From: Candidatus Margulisiibacteriota bacterium | Lineage (GTDB): Bacteria; Margulisbacteria; WOR-1; O2-12-FULL-45-9 | Length of the DNA: 64,000 nt | Direction: 5' to 3' | Assembly: GCA_034723395.1 (NCBI GenBank) | Contig: JAYEOW010000004.1 | Span: 41,375-105,374, forward strand | Part shown: piece by piece, positions 50,243 through 59,538 of the stretch | How positions within the stretch are numbered: position 1 is the first letter of the stretch | Layout: every line of letters starts with the position of its first letter | Notes under the pieces: model-generated | Told to the model about the DNA's origin: nothing | The model's database searches: none | The model's input: only the letters and a program-made list of their open reading frames with translations | Translations under genes and position numbers: made by a program

Positions 50243-50440
50243 CTATCTTGCGGCATCGGGCGTGGCTGTGCCGTAATAAACATCTCCACCGCGAAGCACT
50301 ACAAAAAATCGGCATTCCCTATTTGTACAAGCCCAGGCCTTATAACGAATTGAAACCGAATTATTGGAAAAATCCGATAATGGGATCAATTCTCCCTTGT
50401 CACATTGCTGACATTTTGGATAACTGTTACTCTCTCCCAC
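50243..50440 (-). CDS. Small zinc-ribbon hypothetical protein
   Basis: GGAGGTG SD before GTG 50440; PKCQQC...LIPLSD...KAWACTNREC. Confidence 0.7.
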   Translation of the reverse strand: MGESNSYPKCQQCDKGELIPLSDFSNNSVSIRYKAWACTNRECRFFVVLRGGDVYYGTATPDAAR

Positions 50441-50455
50441 GAAATTCACCTCCCT

Positions 50456-50495
50456 GCCCCGAGCGAGTCCGCCGAAGGCGGACGAGTCGAGGGGC
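50456..50495. repeat. REP-like hairpin GCCCCGAGCGA-GTCCGCC-GAA-GGCGGAC-GAGTCGAGGGGC
   Basis: Stem/internal loop/stem; shares CCCGAGCGA...GAGYCGAGGG with the 107-bp repeat unit. Confidence 0.7.
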
Positions 50496-50500
50496 CCATT

Positions 50501-51889
50501 CTATTTAAAAAATAGTTTCAAGCTTTGCAATCTCTCCGGCACCCGTACCGGATATTCACCGTTCAGACAGGCCAGGCATAGATTTCCCGCCGGCAAGCTT
50601 ATCGATCTAATCAAATTATTAATACTTAAGTATCCAAGTGAATCAGCTTCCAGATATTTACGTATCCCATCGATCGATAAGTTAGCCGCAATAAGTTCGG
50701 CTTTAGTCGCGGTATCGATCCCGTAAAAACACGGATTAAGATTGGGCGGAGAAGAGACCCGCATGTGGATCTCCCGCGCTCCCGCCTCGCGCACCAATCG
50801 AACGATCTGCCGTGAAGTCGTTCCCCGGATGATCGAATCATCAATGATCACGACCTTTTTCCCGCGGACCGCATCCCGGATAGGATTTAATTTTAACTTG
50901 ACCCCCAAGTCGCGGATCTCCTGGTTGGGCTGGATAAAAGTCCTGCCGACATAACGGTTTTTGATCAGCCCTTCGCCAAAAGTAATCTTTGACTCGGCTG
51001 AAAACCCGATCGCCGCCGGTACCCCGGATTCAGGGACAGGAATAACCACATCCGCTTCGACCGGGTGCTCTTTTGCCAGGTATTTTCCCATCTGGAATCT
51101 TGATTCATAAACACCGCGCCTGTGGAGGACACTGTCCGGGCGGGCAAAATAGATATACTCAAAAACACAGATCGCCTCCCTATCCCCCATTTCCCATGTT
51201 TTCGATCGGATCCCATCCTTGTCGATCGCCACGATCTCTCCGTTGGATACATCCCGGACAAATTGCGCTCCGATAATATCGAGGGCGCACGTTTCGGATG
51301 AAACAACATATCCGGAACCAAATTTACCGATCGAAAGCGGCCGGATCCCATTTGGATCGCGGACCGCCAACAGCTTATCCTTGGTCATCAAGAGGAGGGA
51401 AAACGCCCCTTTACAACGTTTTAATGTATCGATCACCGCATCCTCAAACTCTTCCTTTTTTGAGGTTGCGATCATTGACGCGATGACTTCCGAATCAGAT
51501 GTACCTACAAAACTTAATCCTTTATCCTTTAGCTCCTGTCGAAGCAGATTTGAATTGATCAGGTTTCCGTTATGCGCTAAGGCAATTCTCCCATAATGCG
51601 TATCGATCACGATCGGCTGTGCATTTTCAATGATCGAAGATCCGGTAGTGGAATAACGGACATGCCCCATCGCAATCCGTCCCTTCAATCTATTAAGGAT
51701 CTCCTCATTAAAAACCTGATTGACCAAGCCCATCCCTTTATGATGCCCGATCTCTTTTCCGTCAGAAACTGCGATCCCCGCCGATTCCTGCCCCCGGTGC
51801 TGCAAGGCAAAAAGGCCATAGTATACTGATTTTGAAGGAGAATCCTCCTTTAAGTTATATATTCCAAATATGCCGCAATGGTCTTTCAT
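50501..51889 (-). CDS. purF: Amidophosphoribosyltransferase (canonical copy)
   Basis: Start ATG 51889 MKDH-CGIFG; LQHRGQESAG, GHVRYST, HNGNL, CVFEYIYFARPD, DDSIIRGTT, Fe-S Cys. Confidence 0.95.
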   Translation of the reverse strand: MKDHCGIFGIYNLKEDSPSKSVYYGLFALQHRGQESAGIAVSDGKEIGHHKGMGLVNQVFNEEILNRLKGRIAMGHVRYSTTGSSIIENAQPIVIDTHYGRIALAHNGNLINSNLLRQELKDKGLSFVGTSDSEVIASMIATSKKEEFEDAVIDTLKRCKGAFSLLLMTKDKLLAVRDPNGIRPLSIGKFGSGYVVSSETCALDIIGAQFVRDVSNGEIVAIDKDGIRSKTWEMGDREAICVFEYIYFARPDSVLHRRGVYESRFQMGKYLAKEHPVEADVVIPVPESGVPAAIGFSAESKITFGEGLIKNRYVGRTFIQPNQEIRDLGVKLKLNPIRDAVRGKKVVIIDDSIIRGTTSRQIVRLVREAGAREIHMRVSSPPNLNPCFYGIDTATKAELIAANLSIDGIRKYLEADSLGYLSINNLIRSISLPAGNLCLACLNGEYPVRVPERLQSLKLFFK

Positions 51890-51890
51890 T

Positions 51891-53198
51891 TTATACCCTA
51901 TATTTATCGGTCCAACAGGAGAGACAAAGCTGGTCAAGCGGTTTTCCGCATGCCGGGCCCAGATCTTCAAGCGCGTTATATGCCAGGCTGTCCACTCCGA
52001 TATATTCCCTGATCTCTTCAACCGATTTTTGGTGCGCTATCAGTTCATTCTTCGAACGGGTCGCTACCCCATACTTGCAGGGAGCCTTAAGCGGCGGACA
52101 GGCAACCCTCGCATGTATCTCTTTTACCCCATTCTTGCGAAGCTTGACCACCAGGTCATTCTTCATCTGGGTCCCGCGGACGATCGAATCGTCGCAGATG
52201 ACAACGCTCCGATTCTCGATCTTGGCCGGAACCGGGATCAACTTTGTTTTCGCTTCCCGGTCACGCTCTTTCTGGGTTGGCTGCGTATAACTTCTGCTGG
52301 CATAATCGTATTTGATAAAAACATTATCATAGGGGATCTTTGACTCTTGTGAAAAACCGATCGCATGTCCGATCCCCGAATTCGGGACCGCGCCAACGAT
52401 ATCAACTTTTGCCGGAAAACGTTTAGCCAGCGCCGCTCCCAGGTTTCTTCTCGCGATATCGACCGGCATACCGTCAATGATTGAAGCCACATTCGCGGTA
52501 TACACCCATTCAAATGTGCAATATTGGATCAGGTCGCTTTCAATAATCTTCCTGGTCATGATCTCCCCTTCTTCGATCTCAATGATCTCTCCCGGCTTTA
52601 CATCACGTAAGATAGAAAATCCGAGGTTTACAAAAGAACACGATTCGGAGGTAACTACTACTGCTCCATCCCTCCTGCCGATCACCATCGGGCGGAAAGC
52701 ATGCTTATCGCGGGCGGCAAAGATCTTCCCTTTGGTCAGAATAACCAAAGCGTAAGCGCCTCGGATTTTATTTGCCATCCGCTCTATCCCATTAATAAAA
52801 TTATCGCCCTGCGCGATCAGCTTGGCAATGATCTCAATGTCCGAGTCGGTATAGAAAGAGTGCCCCTCCCTCTTTAAGTCCTCCATTAACTTATCACGGT
52901 TAATAATATTTCCTTCAAAACAAATCGTAAATTCGCCCATTTTTGAGTCGAGCTTGATCGGCTGGCGGTCCCTTAACGAAGTATGCCCGATCCCGCAAAA
53001 ACCTTCCATCCCGCCCAAATCACTGGTAAAGGTTGCCCTGACCGACCCATGATGGGTACGGATCCTGATTCCGTCGCCGGTATAAGTGGAGAGACCACAG
53101 TACCTCTGCCCGCGATGTTGCAAATAAAAGGTCCCCAAAAAAAGATCGTCAATAATATTTTCACTTTTTGAAGCAGAGATCGCAAATATTCCGCACAT
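51891..53198 (-). CDS. purF: Amidophosphoribosyltransferase paralog (divergent)
   Basis: MCGIF, LQHRGQRYCG, CTFEWVY, DDSIVRGTQ, PCKYG, CLSC. Confidence 0.8.
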   Translation of the reverse strand: MCGIFAISASKSENIIDDLFLGTFYLQHRGQRYCGLSTYTGDGIRIRTHHGSVRATFTSDLGGMEGFCGIGHTSLRDRQPIKLDSKMGEFTICFEGNIINRDKLMEDLKREGHSFYTDSDIEIIAKLIAQGDNFINGIERMANKIRGAYALVILTKGKIFAARDKHAFRPMVIGRRDGAVVVTSESCSFVNLGFSILRDVKPGEIIEIEEGEIMTRKIIESDLIQYCTFEWVYTANVASIIDGMPVDIARRNLGAALAKRFPAKVDIVGAVPNSGIGHAIGFSQESKIPYDNVFIKYDYASRSYTQPTQKERDREAKTKLIPVPAKIENRSVVICDDSIVRGTQMKNDLVVKLRKNGVKEIHARVACPPLKAPCKYGVATRSKNELIAHQKSVEEIREYIGVDSLAYNALEDLGPACGKPLDQLCLSCWTDKYRV

Positions 53199-53200
53199 GT

Positions 53201-53617
53201 TTACTCTCCCATCACTTGTATTATGACCTCTCGACTGCGAGGCCGGTTATCGTGATCGATCACAATGATCTGCTGCCAAGTTCCCAGAGTCATCTCCCCG
53301 CTTACGACCGGGACCGTAATCGACGGGCCATAGATCGTCGCCCGCAAATGAGCATATCCATTCGCATCCCCCCAGGTCTCATCATGGTTATATGAAACAT
53401 TTGAAGGAACCAATTTTTCATCAATGTTCTTGATATCTTCTACCAGCCCCGGCTCATATTCAACCGTCGAGACCGAAGCAGTCGAGCCGTAAACAAAAAC
53501 GGTAGCGATCCCCTCTCTGATCTTAGACTCGGTAACCACCTGCCCTACTTCCCCGGTGATGTTAATCACATGGTCGCGGCCTTTGGTGCTTAACTTGATA
53601 CGTTTTGTCTTAACCAA
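53201..53617 (-). CDS. YjbQ/UPF0047 family protein
   Basis: GSTAS..TVEYEPG, NGYAHLRA, LGTWQQI. Confidence 0.9.
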   Translation of the reverse strand: MVKTKRIKLSTKGRDHVINITGEVGQVVTESKIREGIATVFVYGSTASVSTVEYEPGLVEDIKNIDEKLVPSNVSYNHDETWGDANGYAHLRATIYGPSITVPVVSGEMTLGTWQQIIVIDHDNRPRSREVIIQVMGE

Positions 53618-55299
53618 TCTAAAACCTTATCCTTATCCACTAATTGGGTATCGCCGGTCTTGCGTATTTTGATCTCGACTCTACCTTCTTTTAATGCTTT
53701 TCCAACAATTATCTTGACGGGGATCCCAAATAGGTCGATATCCTTTAGCTTTACCCCCGCCCGCATATCCCGATCATCCAACAATCCCTCATATCCCATC
53801 CCGCAGATCTCTTTATATATCTTTTCCGCTACCTCAAGCTGCCCCTCTTCCGCAACATTCATCGGAATAACCGCAACGCTAAACGGCGACAGCGGAGCCG
53901 GCCAGACGATCCCATCTTTATCATAGCTCTGCTCAACCGCCGCCTGGGCTGTCCTCCCTACTCCGATCCCGTAACAACCCATGATCATCGGCTGCTCTTT
54001 GTTCTTCTCGTCGAGGAAAATACAATTCATCTTTTCCGAATACTTGGCCCCCAATTTAAAAATATGGCCTACCTCAATCCCGCGTTCAACCTCGAACTTA
54101 CCCCCGTCGCAGCGGGGACAAACATCTTTACGCGCCGCGAACCGGATATCGCCGACCAGATCGGCTTTATAATCTCTTCCGTATCCGACATTAATAACAT
54201 GATAATCTTTCTTGTTTGCCCCGGTCGCCCCATGCTCGATCAAAGTGACTGCCGTATCAGCGATAATTTTTATCCCTTTCAACCCAACCGGTCCGGCAAA
54301 TCCCATGGGAGCTTTAGTGACTTTCTCGATCACCTTTTCCGAAGCCAACCTTAGATCTTCTGCTCCCAAGATCTTCTTTAACTTCGCCTCATTTAACGCA
54401 TGGTCGCCTCGAACTAGAGCAGCAACCGGACCAGACTCGGTCTCGTAGATCAAGGTCTTGATCATCTTGGCGGGTTTGATCTTTAAGAAAACAGCAACTT
54501 CTTCAATCGTTCTAACTCCGGGAGTGTGCGCTTCCTTCGCCTTCGCCTCAGCCTTTACATTGCTCTCCCCCATTTTCCACTTTCCGACTCCCGCCGACTC
54601 CCTGCTCGCCGTATAATCGCATTTATTGCAGTAGAAGATCTCTTCTTCGCCGGTTTCGGCTAATACCATGAATTCCTGGGAATAGCCACCGCCGATCGCG
54701 CCCGATTCGGCTTCGACTACACGGTAGCGAAGTCCCAAACGATCAAATATTCGACAATAGGTCTCATACATATTCTTATACTCTTTATCGAGATCATCAT
54801 TTGAAATATGAAAAGAATAGGCATCTTTCATCATAAATTCGCGGCCGCGCATCAGACCGAAGCGCGGGCGGATCTCATCACGGAATTTGGTCTGGATCTG
54901 GTATAGATTGACCGGTAATTGTTTGTAGGAGCGGATTGAAGTTCGAGCTAAGTCGGTAATGACCTCTTCGTGGGTGGGGCCAAGGCAGAAATCACGTTTA
55001 TGACGGTCTTGGATCCTAAAGAGCTCTTTGCCATATACGTTCCAGCGGCCGGTCTCCTGCCAGAGCTCAGCTGGCTGCAAAGCAGGCATAAAGACCTCTT
55101 GAGCGCCTGCTTTATTCATTTCCGAGCGGATGACGTTAGTAACTTTTTGTAAAACCTTAAAACCGAGGGGTAAATATGTGTAGATTCCGGCTGCTAAACG
55201 ACGAATAAAACCGCCGCGAAGTAGTAGTTTATGGGATACAATTTCGGCCTCCGAGGGATCCTCCCGCAACGTCGGCGCCACCAAATGGGTCATTCTCAC
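53590..55299 (-). CDS. proS: Proline--tRNA ligase (bacterial type with INS editing domain)
   Basis: LGPTHEE, FRDEIRPRFGLMRGREF, IEVGHIFKLG, MGCYGIG. Confidence 0.97.
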   Translation of the reverse strand: MRMTHLVAPTLREDPSEAEIVSHKLLLRGGFIRRLAAGIYTYLPLGFKVLQKVTNVIRSEMNKAGAQEVFMPALQPAELWQETGRWNVYGKELFRIQDRHKRDFCLGPTHEEVITDLARTSIRSYKQLPVNLYQIQTKFRDEIRPRFGLMRGREFMMKDAYSFHISNDDLDKEYKNMYETYCRIFDRLGLRYRVVEAESGAIGGGYSQEFMVLAETGEEEIFYCNKCDYTASRESAGVGKWKMGESNVKAEAKAKEAHTPGVRTIEEVAVFLKIKPAKMIKTLIYETESGPVAALVRGDHALNEAKLKKILGAEDLRLASEKVIEKVTKAPMGFAGPVGLKGIKIIADTAVTLIEHGATGANKKDYHVINVGYGRDYKADLVGDIRFAARKDVCPRCDGGKFEVERGIEVGHIFKLGAKYSEKMNCIFLDEKNKEQPMIMGCYGIGVGRTAQAAVEQSYDKDGIVWPAPLSPFSVAVIPMNVAEEGQLEVAEKIYKEICGMGYEGLLDDRDMRAGVKLKDIDLFGIPVKIIVGKALKEGRVEIKIRKTGDTQLVDKDKVLDWLRQNVSS

Positions 55300-56015
55300 C
55301 GTGTCTTCTTCCTCCCCTTTTGCCCTGTACCAGTAGTATTATACCATAATTTTAGGATAGATATCAAGGCTTCAAAAAGTACCCGCGGCTTCGCCCCCGT
55401 CTGCTTCCCCACCTTCCGTGGAAAGTGATCTACCCCAACCTCTTTAATCTTCGAATATCCATTTTTTCGCGCTTTTATCATAATTTCTCCATTAATAATC
55501 GCCCCGTTTGAGACCAGATCGAGCTTAGAAATTATGCTTTTCTTAAATATTTTAAATGCACAGTTTGTATCTCTTAAATTCAGGCCAAAAAGGAGGATCA
55601 GCATAAAGCGGTACCATAATGCCTCCAAAGATCGAAAGAATGGATCTCTCCGTTTTATCCGATAACCGATTACAAAATCATGATCATTTATATAAGGAAG
55701 AAGCCGATCAATTTCGTTGAGATCGTACTGATTATCTCCGTCGGATTGGAAAATGATCTCATATTTGCATGTGGCCAGGCCAGAACGTAAAGCTGCGCCG
55801 TAGCCTAAATTCTTCTCATGATTAACGACTCTGATCCGATTATCATTCCTGGATAATTCTTCCGCGATCTCTTTTGTCTTATCGGCACTACCATCATTTA
55901 CCACGATTACTTCAAATTCTTCACATTTCTTCTCCAAAACCGCAACCGCGACCGAAACCATTTTTCGGATATTCCCCTCTTCATTGTACATAGGGAAAAA
56001 ACAGGAGAACTTCAT
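55296..56015 (-). CDS. GT2 polyprenol-phosphate glycosyltransferase
   Basis: Start ATG 56015 (ATGA overlap); PMYNEE, NDGSAD, NLGYGAAL, DGDNQY. Confidence 0.88.
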   Translation of the reverse strand: MKFSCFFPMYNEEGNIRKMVSVAVAVLEKKCEEFEVIVVNDGSADKTKEIAEELSRNDNRIRVVNHEKNLGYGAALRSGLATCKYEIIFQSDGDNQYDLNEIDRLLPYINDHDFVIGYRIKRRDPFFRSLEALWYRFMLILLFGLNLRDTNCAFKIFKKSIISKLDLVSNGAIINGEIMIKARKNGYSKIKEVGVDHFPRKVGKQTGAKPRVLFEALISILKLWYNTTGTGQKGRKKTR

Positions 56016-58213
56016 CGTTTTCTCCAAATAATTGCTGCACTAAACAGAAGTAATATCGTAGATAGAGTAATGAAGAATCCGATCTTTAAAGATAAAGGAT
56101 CGTAAACAAAACGGACCTTATGTTCTCCCGGTTCTAGCTTAATACTGCGGAAAAAATTATTAGCGCGGAAGATCTTCACCTCTTCGCCGTCAACAAAGGC
56201 CTTCCACCCCGGGTAGTATCGATCGCTCAGGAATAAAAGTTCGTTCTTTCCCGCATCGGCAACGATCACAACCTCATTCGGCGTATATTGAACGATCTCC
56301 CCCCGCCCGCTCTCCATATATGCCCTCGGCTTAACTGCCAGGTTTTCATAAAGATAAACATTTAGTCCATATTTTTCTTTATGCATTAACTGGATCAGGC
56401 AAGGGATTTTTAGCTTCCTGGATGAAGCAATATATTTAACGTTAAAAAGCGACAGGTCTTTAATATTCTTTTTTAAATTCTCCCCCTTAAATTCCGTATG
56501 GAAATAACTGTGATAACCGGCCGGTCTTATCGATGTATAACCGTAAAAATCATAAAAATGATATGGGATATGCCGGTTGGCGGCAAAATTTGATTTTGCT
56601 TCGAACAGAGCGTTCTCGTAATTCTCTCCATAGATCAGCCGATTCTCCTCCTCAAGTTCCGGCGTATAGAAAAAACGATAGAGCCCCTTTTCTTTTTGCA
56701 ACAGCCTGTAATTATCGGGAGTTGTCTCAAATACCCAGCTCCCCGCCGGAATGACGATCGAATAACCGTTTGAAAAAAGGTCGGCGATCACCAAAACAAT
56801 TATAATAAACAAGAATAGCCCCTTTTTTATCCTGGACCGATACCCCAGCCATAAAATCAGCGTAAAAACCAGCAGATAAAGGGTGATATTAAATAAGCTA
56901 AGCAGGTTGAATTCGATTATTCTGGCCAAAAGCTTAAAAAAGTATTCGGGTATATTGGCGGGATATCTTTTCAGGAAGAAATTAAATATCTGGACACGGA
57001 AAGAGAATCCGATATAAAACAGAACAGCAGAGAGCAGTGAGATTGGAAACATAGTTAGAAAGACCCTTTTTAATTTGTTTTTTTGCTGATCAAAATATTC
57101 AATCAACCGTTCAAATCCAAAACTCGCTAAAATCGTCAGGCAAAATGTAGTTAAGAAGAGATATTTTACCGGGTAACGGATCATTGATATCCCGGGGATA
57201 AAAAAGATGGTCCGGTAGATCGGCGTATATCTCCCAAAAGCCAACAACAAAGAAAACAACGCTGCTCCCAAAAAGAACCAAGCCTTTCTCTTTTTAAAAG
57301 AAAAGAACGTAAATATTAACGGGAGTATCCCGATATAGGGGGAGATCAGCCAATCCTGAATATTTTTACCGAGTAACGTTTCGGTATAACTGCCAAAGTG
57401 AGCCGGATTGCCAAAAAAGTATGGGAAGATAAAGGAGATAATCTCTCGCGGCGGAAATGAGCGCATGGTTACGATGTCGTATCCGGTGCGTACTACCCTA
57501 TCCGAGAGTTGCGCCAGCTCAAGAAAGGGAATTAACTGCACCGCAGTCAGGCCTAAAGAGATCAACCCAGAAAGGAACAGCCCGCCTAAACTTTTTATTC
57601 TATTTTGAGAAAAAATCAAACCATAAACTGCCAGGAAAATCACCGTAACATAAATTATTGTCGGCTCTCCACCGAGGAATTGGAGGGCAATCAGTATTCC
57701 GAGGATCACTATATTTCTAAAATTTATCTCTTTAATCAGACGATCAAAAAAGAGGAGGGTTAACGGCAGCCAGATGACCGAAGATAACGAAGTATTCATG
57801 TTCGAAACCGAAAGCAGATAACCGGAAAAAGCAAAAACTATCCCACCCAGGAACGAAGCCGCTTTGCTAAGGTCATAATGTCTTAACAAATAGAACATAA
57901 AACAGGCGGCTAGAAAATAGTGCAAGATCATATAGTAATTGAATCCGAGATTAAAAGGGAGAAAATAGTGAATGATGGTCAACGGATAGAAAAAACCGAC
58001 CTGCAATGTCGCCAACAATGGAAAGCCGCAAAAGATATAGGGATTCCAGAGAGGAAGCTGGCCCGCCTTTACCTGCTCGACCATTAATTGCCGCAGCGGA
58101 TAAAAATATCGGGATAGGTCTTTAAAAGCAAAAATCTGTTCTCCGGTTAAAAACCGGCCGAAAAAGAGAAGAACTGCTAATAAAAAAAGAAATACTATTC
58201 CCTTATTTTTCAT
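56012..58213 (-). CDS. YfhO-family membrane glycosyltransferase (GT-C)
   Basis: LPLWNPY..CGFP, FYPL, YYPGWKAFVDG, GEHKVRFVY. Confidence 0.85.
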   Translation of the reverse strand: MKNKGIVFLFLLAVLLFFGRFLTGEQIFAFKDLSRYFYPLRQLMVEQVKAGQLPLWNPYIFCGFPLLATLQVGFFYPLTIIHYFLPFNLGFNYYMILHYFLAACFMFYLLRHYDLSKAASFLGGIVFAFSGYLLSVSNMNTSLSSVIWLPLTLLFFDRLIKEINFRNIVILGILIALQFLGGEPTIIYVTVIFLAVYGLIFSQNRIKSLGGLFLSGLISLGLTAVQLIPFLELAQLSDRVVRTGYDIVTMRSFPPREIISFIFPYFFGNPAHFGSYTETLLGKNIQDWLISPYIGILPLIFTFFSFKKRKAWFFLGAALFSLLLAFGRYTPIYRTIFFIPGISMIRYPVKYLFLTTFCLTILASFGFERLIEYFDQQKNKLKRVFLTMFPISLLSAVLFYIGFSFRVQIFNFFLKRYPANIPEYFFKLLARIIEFNLLSLFNITLYLLVFTLILWLGYRSRIKKGLFLFIIIVLVIADLFSNGYSIVIPAGSWVFETTPDNYRLLQKEKGLYRFFYTPELEEENRLIYGENYENALFEAKSNFAANRHIPYHFYDFYGYTSIRPAGYHSYFHTEFKGENLKKNIKDLSLFNVKYIASSRKLKIPCLIQLMHKEKYGLNVYLYENLAVKPRAYMESGRGEIVQYTPNEVVIVADAGKNELLFLSDRYYPGWKAFVDGEEVKIFRANNFFRSIKLEPGEHKVRFVYDPLSLKIGFFITLSTILLLFSAAIIWRKR

Positions 58214-59472
58214 TATTGATAGATCGTGATCAGGAACTTTTCGAGGATCCGGTTCTCGTCCTTATCGATTAGCACTCCAGAGTAAATCCCGTTAGAAACC
58301 CGCATCCCAGCATCCGTCATCCCATTCCAGAAGACCGTATTATAGCCCTTTTTGCCCCCCTCCTGCCCGAGCCCGAACCTCTTGCGCGACACGACCGAAC
58401 CATCCACCCCAAAGATAGCCAACTCGATATTGGTCGCCATACTCAATTTATACTGGATCTTTGCTTCATGGTCGCGGGAGGGATTAAAAGGATTGGGATA
58501 GACCATCGGCCTCCCCACAATCGTCGCAGGGATCGATACCACCCGGGCAAAGACCTCCCTCGAAATTATCATCCCATAAGCATTTTCAACCTTAAACGAC
58601 AGCTCATGTTCTCCAAAAGGGAGCTCCTTATCGGGAGTGATTCGCAGCATATACATCGCATAATCCACTTCGAAAGGCGAGATATTCCTTTGCGGCTTAA
58701 CCACTACCAGCGAAAAATCCCCTTTTGCCGCGTTGTATTCCATCTCATCGATCTTTAATACCGCACTTCGATAGCGAATGCCCGATCGGGACGTAAAATC
58801 TATCTTGATCTCAGGAGTATCCGCGATGTTGATCGGGTCCTTCTTTGAAAACATACTGTCCAGATAAAACCGGTCGTCAAAAGATATATTTATTTCAGGA
58901 AGATCGATATTCTCTTCTCCTGCGGCCCGGATCAAAGCCGGTTGATCGTAAACCTTGGCATCCTCGAGCAGATAATCTCCCCTGATCTCGATCGAATCAA
59001 CTTTTTTAAATACAAACCCCAGGTATGTATAGAGGTCTTCGTAAAGATCAAGCATGATCTTCTTTGGGTCCTTGCTCTGATATTTTGCGCCGATCTTTAC
59101 AATCGCCCGTTTCTGGCTCTGGTTAATATCAGAATTCCCCCCTTCGGGAACATATATAAGGGTACAATCGTCACTTTTTGAATTTTTGACCCTGATCGTT
59201 ATCTCGTAGGCGGGGAGCGCGGCAATGTCGATCTCCACAAAATTGGAAGACGGGAAAAGCTCTCTCCCCATAAGGTAGCGCTCTTCCTTCTTCCTATCTT
59301 CCCATCCCTTCGGGATTGATTCCAAAGATGCGGTCTCAACCACATTAATAATGACCTCTTCAGAAGTGTATTTTCCCAAAACTTCCGGAGTAGCCGGGAT
59401 TAAATTAGCTACAGCAAAACTCTGTACGGTTAAGAAAAATAAACTAAAAATAAATAAAAATAATAATTTCAT
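58213..59472 (-). CDS. Secreted protein with C-terminal FlgD-Ig/T9SS-CTD-like domain
   Basis: Signal peptide; VYPNPFNP...IQYKL...WNG.TDAG..VSNGIY tail. Confidence 0.72.
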   Translation of the reverse strand: MKLLFLFIFSLFFLTVQSFAVANLIPATPEVLGKYTSEEVIINVVETASLESIPKGWEDRKKEERYLMGRELFPSSNFVEIDIAALPAYEITIRVKNSKSDDCTLIYVPEGGNSDINQSQKRAIVKIGAKYQSKDPKKIMLDLYEDLYTYLGFVFKKVDSIEIRGDYLLEDAKVYDQPALIRAAGEENIDLPEINISFDDRFYLDSMFSKKDPINIADTPEIKIDFTSRSGIRYRSAVLKIDEMEYNAAKGDFSLVVVKPQRNISPFEVDYAMYMLRITPDKELPFGEHELSFKVENAYGMIISREVFARVVSIPATIVGRPMVYPNPFNPSRDHEAKIQYKLSMATNIELAIFGVDGSVVSRKRFGLGQEGGKKGYNTVFWNGMTDAGMRVSNGIYSGVLIDKDENRILEKFLITIYQ

Positions 59473-59481
59473 TTCAAAATC

Positions 59482-59536
59482 GTAGTGCAGGTCTTCAGAC
59501 CTGCTATATATTCGCAGACCTGAAGGTCTGCGCTAC
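59482..59536. repeat. GTAG-type REP doublet (REPIN-like)
   Basis: GTAGTGCAGGTCTTCAGACCTGC and inverted GCAGACCTGAAGGTCTGCGCTAC separated by 9 nt. Confidence 0.8.
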
Positions 59537-59538
59537 AT

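Noticed and set aside
51890..52021. Long N-terminal extension of canonical purF
   Set aside because: Overlaps the upstream paralog; MKDH-CGIFG at 51889 fits the Ntn propeptide pattern.
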